Positions 57,824 through 64,000 of a stretch of DNA of 64,000 nt are shown here, piece after piece. Each line of letters starts with the position of its first letter. Positions within the stretch are counted from its first letter, which is position 1. The notes below the pieces were generated by a model that was not told where the DNA came from, did not search any database, and saw only the letters and a list, made by a program, of their open reading frames with translations. The position numbers were made by a program, and so were the translations under genes. The stretch spans positions 58,342 to 122,341 of the IMG/VR virus record IMGVR_UViG_2894097338_000001; one strand, written 5' to 3'. This DNA is from a virus. Lineage: Duplodnaviria > Caudoviricetes.

Positions 57824-59552
57824 AACAAACAAGAGTGTGAAGGATCAACATGAAGAGAACTTAATGAAATGGGTTGGATACTGGAGAGCTAATCCTCAGA
57901 GATTCGCAAAAGAGTATCTCAACCTTCACTTATTTTTATACCAAAAGATATTACTATATATGATGAACAAAGTTTCATGGTTTATGTATATAGCAGCCCG
58001 TGGTCAAGGTAAATCATACCTTATAGCAATTTACTGCGTTATAAGATGTATCTTATATCCAGGAACAAGGGTAGTAATAGCTTCTAGCACTAGAAAACAG
58101 GCCGCATTGATTATTACAGAAAAAATAATAGGCGACATATACAACAAGAGTTACGCCGTAAGATGCGAAGTTCAAGAATATAGTGCAAGTGTTAATAATA
58201 CAGAAATAATTTTCAGAAATGGATCAAAGATTTCTGCCGAAACGTCGTCAGACAACTCTCGTGGTCTTCGTGGAAATATTCTAATTGTTGACGAGTTCAG
58301 ATTAGTAAAAAAAGAAATTATAGATGATGTATTGAAACCAATGCTTAACGTATATCGCATTCCGCCGTATATGAATAAGCCAGAGTATATGCATCTTCCA
58401 AGAGAAGAAAATAAACAACTATACATTTCATCAGCATGGTATCAATCAGACTGGGCGTGGACAGAGTTTCAATCATACATGAAAGATATGATGACATCAA
58501 CCACAACATTTGTTTGTTCGTTGCCATATCAGCTCTCCTTATATCATAAGATACTTCCTAAGCAAACTGTTGAAAAGGAAAAACTATCAGACACGTTTGA
58601 TCAAACAAGTTTCAATATGGAATACGAAGCATTGTTTGTTGGAGAGAATGACAAAGGATACTTTAAGCTTGCTGATATTAACAAGTGCAGAAATGTAACA
58701 AAGGTTTTTGTTCCTCCTACATCACTAGAGTATGCAGAGAATCAGTCAAGAGCAAATCCCAAAAACATATCAAATCTTCCAAGAGTCAATAAGACTGGAG
58801 AGATTAGATTGATATCACTAGATATCGCATTAATGGGTGGTAGTAAACAGCAAAAGAATGACTCAAGTGCCTTTATGTTGTTTAGATTGATTCAAGATGG
58901 AAATAAATACAGAAGAGAAGTTGTTTATATAGAAACAATTCATAGAACGATTGCCGATGATGATCTGGCTGTTAGGTTAAAGCAGCTGTATGAAGACTTT
59001 GAAGCAGACTACGTTGTAATGGATACAAACGGTGTTGGTCTTGGTGTCTACAACTCATGTACGAGAATACTACATGATGAAGAGAGAGATAAAGATTATG
59101 AGCCGTGGAGCTGTATAAACGACGAAGAAATGAACAAGGCTAGAAAAGACACTGGAGTTCCTGTTGTTTACTCAGTTAAAGCAGATGCAAAATTTAACCA
59201 CATTATAGCAACTTCACTAAAAACAGCTTTTGAGAACGGAAGAATATCCATTCCATGTACTGATATTGAAAAAAGAGAAGAGCTTGTGGCTAAGAAAGGC
59301 TTCTTAGCAATGACAGCTAATGAGCAACAGAGACAGTTATACGCATTCCAGCAAGCTAGTGCAATGACTAGTGAGCTAGTAGGTCTTGAGTATACGGTAA
59401 TATCTGGAAATATCAAAATTCAAGAGGTCGGAACGGCCACAAAGGATAGATATTCTGCGTTAGCTTATGGAAATCATTATGCAAATGAATTTGAAAAAGA
59501 ATTAAACAAAGATGAATCAGATAATGGCTTCGGGGACTTTATATTATTTTAG
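57816..59552 (+). CDS. terL: terminase large subunit
   Basis: AARGQGKS, RGLRGNILIVDEFR, ISSAWY, SLDIAL, MDTNGVG, KDRYSAL; start MSKTNK. Confidence 0.93.
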   Translation: MSKTNKSVKDQHEENLMKWVGYWRANPQRFAKEYLNLHLFLYQKILLYMMNKVSWFMYIAARGQGKSYLIAIYCVIRCILYPGTRVVIASSTRKQAALIITEKIIGDIYNKSYAVRCEVQEYSASVNNTEIIFRNGSKISAETSSDNSRGLRGNILIVDEFRLVKKEIIDDVLKPMLNVYRIPPYMNKPEYMHLPREENKQLYISSAWYQSDWAWTEFQSYMKDMMTSTTTFVCSLPYQLSLYHKILPKQTVEKEKLSDTFDQTSFNMEYEALFVGENDKGYFKLADINKCRNVTKVFVPPTSLEYAENQSRANPKNISNLPRVNKTGEIRLISLDIALMGGSKQQKNDSSAFMLFRLIQDGNKYRREVVYIETIHRTIADDDLAVRLKQLYEDFEADYVVMDTNGVGLGVYNSCTRILHDEERDKDYEPWSCINDEEMNKARKDTGVPVVYSVKADAKFNHIIATSLKTAFENGRISIPCTDIEKREELVAKKGFLAMTANEQQRQLYAFQQASAMTSELVGLEYTVISGNIKIQEVGTATKDRYSALAYGNHYANEFEKELNKDESDNGFGDFILF

Positions 59553-59567
59553 AAAGGAGAGTAATGA

Positions 59568-61049
59568 TTGGATAATCAAGAGGAGTACAAAAAAATGCTT
59601 GAACAAAATAGACGTAGCCATTTAGATTTCGCCAAAGCGTTATCTGATAATAGCGAAACTATGAGAAGTCAAGTGTCACGAACTACTAGTGTTACGCAAC
59701 AGCAGCTTTCAAGGTTTTTAGGAAATCCACTTACTAATTATTTGGATATCTCGAAACTCATGAATGCTCTATATACTGGAAACGGTATTATCAAGCAGCA
59801 CATCAAATATTATTCATCATTACTTACTCTGAACCACACGATCGTTCCTGTTATGAATGAGAGAAGTGGCTGGGATATAAGTAAGGTGACACTAGAAGAC
59901 TATGTAATGGCTGCCAATTTTGTAAAAAGATTAAACATTAAGAGACATGCGCCGCACTTTATTAAGCAAACACTTATGAATGGATACAGTTTATTCTATA
60001 AGATGCAGGATAAAAAAGGCGTTGCCTATCTTGAATTTCCAATTAGGTTTGGAAAAATATACTCACTAGAAAATGGAGTATATAGATGGGCTATAGATGT
60101 CGATTCTGTCAAAGACTCTACTCCTGGAGTTCTTCCAGTTGAGATAGAGAATGCGATAGCTAATGGAGATAGAAAAGACGATAACTGGATAGACGGTAAG
60201 TATTTCAAACTAAAAGACAAGGGAGTTGCCTTTTGTTTTGATCAAGAAGTGCTATCAAACGGTGGAATTGCCGTATCTGAATTTTCAAATCTAATCGGAT
60301 CTGCAATAAAGTTAGAAAATGCCAGAAACAAACTGGAGATAAAAGACGATCTAGATGGTGTAAAGCTAGTTCACTCTCAAATACCAGTAGACAAAAATGG
60401 AAGACCTCAAATGGAGTCAAAGGTTGCTGCAAAGTACGATAAAAGTATGAGAAGTAGCTTGCCTAAAGGAATTGTTCCTATTACAAACCCCATGAAGGTT
60501 ACCAACATAGCTTTAAATGGAGCAGGAGATACAAAGGCTTACGAATCAGTTGGAAGGTCTACAGCATCGTTATTTTTCGACATGGGTGTACCGTCTCCAA
60601 TGTTTGGAGGGGAAACAACTAGTTCGAACATCGTAAAGATTTCCAATGTAAAAGACATCACCTGGGTTTACAACGTAATCCTTCCTTTAATTGAAGATTA
60701 CTACAACTACGAAATGAGCAAGTACAAGTCTCCAAATAATTTTGCATGGAATATAAAGATTATGAGACAGAGCCAATTTACATTTTCCGATGATCAAAAG
60801 GTTGCAAAAGAGCAATTAAATCTCGGAGGTTCTAGATTGGACTTCTTAGCAATGAGTGGAATGGAACCTATAGAAGTTGTCGGAACTCTTGGATTAGAAC
60901 AACAGGTTCTAGATATTGACAGCTTAATGAAACCTAAACAAACATCACACACGATGTCAAAAGGTGGATCAACTGAGTCATCGACGCCAGGTCGTCCTCA
61001 GTCAGATAATCCAACGGATGACACTGATAGATTAAATGATGCTAATTAG
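59568..61049 (+). CDS. portal protein
   Basis: 493 aa directly after terL; SPbeta-type features (QTSHT, GRPQSD tail). Confidence 0.8.
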   Translation: MDNQEEYKKMLEQNRRSHLDFAKALSDNSETMRSQVSRTTSVTQQQLSRFLGNPLTNYLDISKLMNALYTGNGIIKQHIKYYSSLLTLNHTIVPVMNERSGWDISKVTLEDYVMAANFVKRLNIKRHAPHFIKQTLMNGYSLFYKMQDKKGVAYLEFPIRFGKIYSLENGVYRWAIDVDSVKDSTPGVLPVEIENAIANGDRKDDNWIDGKYFKLKDKGVAFCFDQEVLSNGGIAVSEFSNLIGSAIKLENARNKLEIKDDLDGVKLVHSQIPVDKNGRPQMESKVAAKYDKSMRSSLPKGIVPITNPMKVTNIALNGAGDTKAYESVGRSTASLFFDMGVPSPMFGGETTSSNIVKISNVKDITWVYNVILPLIEDYYNYEMSKYKSPNNFAWNIKIMRQSQFTFSDDQKVAKEQLNLGGSRLDFLAMSGMEPIEVVGTLGLEQQVLDIDSLMKPKQTSHTMSKGGSTESSTPGRPQSDNPTDDTDRLNDAN

Positions 61050-61063
61050 TAAGGTGGTGAAAA

Positions 61064-62518
61064 ATTATCAAAACAGATTTAAGTATACCAGTTCAATTTG
61101 AATTGGGTGAGACACTAAAAGACGATAGATTTCTTAGAGTTAAGATCTATATTGCACATACTGGAGAGAATATAAATAACTCAGTGTTTACAAAAGATGT
61201 TCTACAGGAAATGTCGAGTACGTTGGCGAACGTACCAATCGTTGGGTATATCAAACAGGAAGATGACGGAAGTGAAGATTTCGACAACCATAAAACAAAA
61301 ATTGTGATTAAAGATGGCAAGGTCGATGTGGCATATCTAGGTCATGCATACGGTTTTATACCAGAAAAAAATAACGCAAAATTTGAAATTAGAAGCGGTA
61401 AAGAGTGGCTAACTGCAGAAGGTTATATTTGGACCAAGTTTAGAGATTCAGTATCTATATTATTAGATGGTGGTGGCACAAAGAGTCAGTCTATGGAGAT
61501 TGAAGTATTTGATAGCTACCTTGATGACCAGGGAAGAGTTAATTATACAGACGCTAGATTTAGCGGTTTATGTATTCTCGGAGACGATGTTCCGCCTGGA
61601 ATGACTGGAAGTACAATAGAAGTATTCAATAAAAGAATTGATCTATTCTCTCAAGTTCAAGAAATGATAGCTGACTTTTCCAAATTAGAGGAGGGTAATA
61701 AATTGCTAGTTGAAAATGAAGATTTAAAAGAAAACGAAGACTTTGCTAAGGGGTCTAAGAAGAACGCAGATGCAGGAGCTGACGTTAAAGATGCAAAAGA
61801 TGTTAAGGATACAGATGTAAAAGATTCTGATCCAAAGGATGATCCTAAAGAGGACGTAGAACCTAAAGATGGGGACAAAGATCCTAAAGACGACAATAAA
61901 GATCCTAAAGATAGTAAAAAGGATAAGAAATCTAAAAAAGCTAATTTTGCAATCTCTCACGAAGAAACAAGAAATCAATTGAGAGAGCTAATTAGGACAG
62001 AGGTTGCAGATAAGGATTCGTATATCTACATCTGTCAAATCTTTGATACTTATGCGGTAGCTCAAATTGAGGATTATTCAGAAGAAACAGGCTTTAAAGC
62101 TAAGCACGTTATGTATGAATACACGAAAGATAACGACTCTGTATCGCTTGGTGCTTCAAAAGAAGTTGTTCCTACATTCTTAACGAAAGAAGAAATGGCC
62201 AAGATTGATAGTGGACGTGAGGAGCTTAAGCAGATTAAGGAAAAACTTTCAATGTATGAAAATGCAGAAAAAGAAGCCAAAGTTTCAGAATTTGAAGAAG
62301 TTCTTGGAGATAAAGCTGACGACATTCGCGCTAAATTTAGTGAAATGTCAATCGATGAAGTAGAAAAAGAAGTAGGTTTCTCTTGCTTCCAAATTAGTCA
62401 AAATGAAAAAGAAGCTTCGAAAGGTGTTGTCGTAGAGGCAGTTAGCTTTAGTGATAATGGAGTTGACGCAGCTAGTAAAGAGTACGGATCTTTAGGTGCT
62501 TACTTTAGAAAAAAATAA
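61064..62518 (+). CDS. prohead protease/scaffold protein
   Basis: HTGENINNS, PIVGYI, SQSMEI, FSGLCILG; low-complexity K/D linker; probable ATT start at 61064. Confidence 0.8.
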   Translation: MIKTDLSIPVQFELGETLKDDRFLRVKIYIAHTGENINNSVFTKDVLQEMSSTLANVPIVGYIKQEDDGSEDFDNHKTKIVIKDGKVDVAYLGHAYGFIPEKNNAKFEIRSGKEWLTAEGYIWTKFRDSVSILLDGGGTKSQSMEIEVFDSYLDDQGRVNYTDARFSGLCILGDDVPPGMTGSTIEVFNKRIDLFSQVQEMIADFSKLEEGNKLLVENEDLKENEDFAKGSKKNADAGADVKDAKDVKDTDVKDSDPKDDPKEDVEPKDGDKDPKDDNKDPKDSKKDKKSKKANFAISHEETRNQLRELIRTEVADKDSYIYICQIFDTYAVAQIEDYSEETGFKAKHVMYEYTKDNDSVSLGASKEVVPTFLTKEEMAKIDSGREELKQIKEKLSMYENAEKEAKVSEFEEVLGDKADDIRAKFSEMSIDEVEKEVGFSCFQISQNEKEASKGVVVEAVSFSDNGVDAASKEYGSLGAYFRKK

Positions 62519-62541
62519 AAAAATAAAAGGAGATTCAAAGA

Positions 62542-63012
62542 ATGGCTACAGATAAAGCGTTTATTCACTTAGACAAAATTAAGTCATCTGCACACATGGA
62601 ACACATTGCTGCACCAAAAGCTGGATTAAAAGCTGGTCAGTTTGTTACTTTAGGTGCTGTGTCAGAAGATCATGATGGTGAGGTATTAAAATATACTAAC
62701 ACTACAGAAAAAACAAAAGTTGATGGGTTAGTTGCACCAGTACACTTAGATTACGGATACGAAGACTTTGATGAGTCGGTACAAGTTGTAAAAGAAGGAA
62801 AAATTGCTCGTGTATTAGTAATTGAGCGCGGAGACATTGTTTCAATGCATAGCGAAATGTTAACTGGAGTAAAAGCTGGTGACAAATTAGCTGTAGGAAA
62901 AACTGGTTTCGCATTACAAAAAACTGAAAGTGACGAAGAAGCTGTTGCAATCGCAATCGCAGAGCGTTACATGCCTAATATTGGTGATGTAATTGCAGTT
63001 CGTTTCATTTAA
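62542..63012 (+). CDS. head decoration/minor capsid protein
   Basis: Between scaffold and major capsid gene. Confidence 0.7.
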   Translation: MATDKAFIHLDKIKSSAHMEHIAAPKAGLKAGQFVTLGAVSEDHDGEVLKYTNTTEKTKVDGLVAPVHLDYGYEDFDESVQVVKEGKIARVLVIERGDIVSMHSEMLTGVKAGDKLAVGKTGFALQKTESDEEAVAIAIAERYMPNIGDVIAVRFI

Positions 63013-63035
63013 TTAGAGGGGAGAAAATATATCAA

Positions 63036-64000
63036 ATGGTAGATAAAAATGGTTTAACTAAACTAGCTACAGATTTATATCATGGCCGCAACGTTAACTT
63101 TGACGGAGTGTCTGGTGATGAAGCATTACGTAACATGGTGGGGGACGTTTTAGGTATCGAACCTGGTTCTAAAATTGACTACTACTCATGGGAGGCAAAT
63201 AAATTAGAGGTATTCCAGATCTTATCAGTAGCAATTGATGCTGTATTACCTTTACGTTTAGAAAGTCAATTCGATTCAATCGCCGACTTCCGTACGGTAG
63301 AATTGGGAGACGCTCAGAAATTCGAAATTCAAGATAATTCATTATTGAGAATTGGTCGCGTTTCTGCAGGTAACCAAAGTTTACAACGTCAACAATTATT
63401 CGGAAAGAGCTTCACTGTTCCAACTGATTGGTATGGCGGAAAGGTTTACGCTGAGTTCGAACGTTTCATGTCTGGACGCGTTGACTGGAAAGGCTTAGTA
63501 GATCGCGTTGCCGCTTCATTTGAAAACAAAATTCAAACAGAAATCTACAATGGTTTTGCTCAATCTTACGATGAGTTACGTGCCACTCGTAAAGCAACAG
63601 GTACTTACGAAGAAGATAAGTTATTTGATGTTGCAGAGCACATTGGAGTTGCGTCTGGTGGTAAGCCAGTAGCTGTTTACGGAACGCGTAAAGCTTTACG
63701 TAAAATCACAAAAGACTTACCTTTATCTGACTCAATGAAAGATGAACGTAACAAAGTTGGATTCGTCGATACTTTAGGCGGGTTAGACTTATTTGCTTTA
63801 CCACAGGCTTACAAAGCTGGAACTGAGAAATTCGCAATTGATGACGATACACTTTTAGTTTTGCCTCAAGGTGAAAAAATCGTTGCTGTTGTCTTAGAAG
63901 GTCAAGCAATTGTCAATGACACTGATGCATTAGCACGTACTGACTTACAAAATGAGTTTGTTACATTGAAAAAAATGGGTATCCAAGTTGGTCAAGTATC
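63036..64000 (+). CDS. major capsid protein (partial, runs off window)
   Basis: Open frame from ATG 63036 (MVDKNGLTKLATDLY...); biased high-expression codons; SPbeta-type position. Confidence 0.85.
   Translation, partial: MVDKNGLTKLATDLYHGRNVNFDGVSGDEALRNMVGDVLGIEPGSKIDYYSWEANKLEVFQILSVAIDAVLPLRLESQFDSIADFRTVELGDAQKFEIQDNSLLRIGRVSAGNQSLQRQQLFGKSFTVPTDWYGGKVYAEFERFMSGRVDWKGLVDRVAASFENKIQTEIYNGFAQSYDELRATRKATGTYEEDKLFDVAEHIGVASGGKPVAVYGTRKALRKITKDLPLSDSMKDERNKVGFVDTLGGLDLFALPQAYKAGTEKFAIDDDTLLVLPQGEKIVAVVLEGQAIVNDTDALARTDLQNEFVTLKKMGIQVGQV

Noticed and set aside
61780-61940. Tandem DNA repeat in the scaffold gene
   Set aside because: Reflects a low-complexity KD/DPKD protein linker rather than an independent element.
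63706-63909. - strand ORF, and the many similar opposite-strand ORFs in the track
   Set aside because: Shadow frames of longer genes with S/F/L-rich antisense composition and no RBS.

Overview
The window is part of a large, AT-rich, SPbeta-like temperate phage of a low-GC Firmicute (Lactobacillales/Enterococcus-like by impression; the host cannot be confirmed from sequence alone). It appears to be a phage-plasmid. Layout: (1) 1-4.4 kb and 25-43 kb hold leftward arrays of short accessory/early genes driven by four tandem sigma-A-type promoters at about 43.8-44.1 kb through a long structured leader. (2) 4.4-19 kb is a leftward replication module: DnaE split by a group I intron with a LAGLIDADG endonuclease, PD-(D/E)XK nuclease, dNMP kinase, primase, DnaB, phosphoesterase, AAA recombination ATPase and SSB-like protein. 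(3) 20-25 kb is a control region: MrpR/YopR-like dead recombinase, tyrosine recombinase, guanylate kinase and an orphan PemK/MazF. (4) 44.2-45.4 kb is a strand-skewed non-coding block. (5) 47-51 kb is a plasmid-type replicon: Rep with an antisense RNA, an HTH repressor with palindromic operators, ParA plus a small partner and centromere-like repeats. (6) UvrD, a second initiator-like gene, a sigma-like regulator, HU and the head module (terminase, portal, protease/scaffold, decoration, capsid) run off the right end. The most notable unexplained patterns are a TAAAA-N6-TTTTA site family at accessory-gene boundaries (candidate gene-cassette system), a 19-bp transcription-oriented operator in about 17 copies, a ~600-nt structured early leader, and a phage-encoded MazF where SPbeta has its arbitrium locus. 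Protein calls come from motif recognition by eye; no database search was run.
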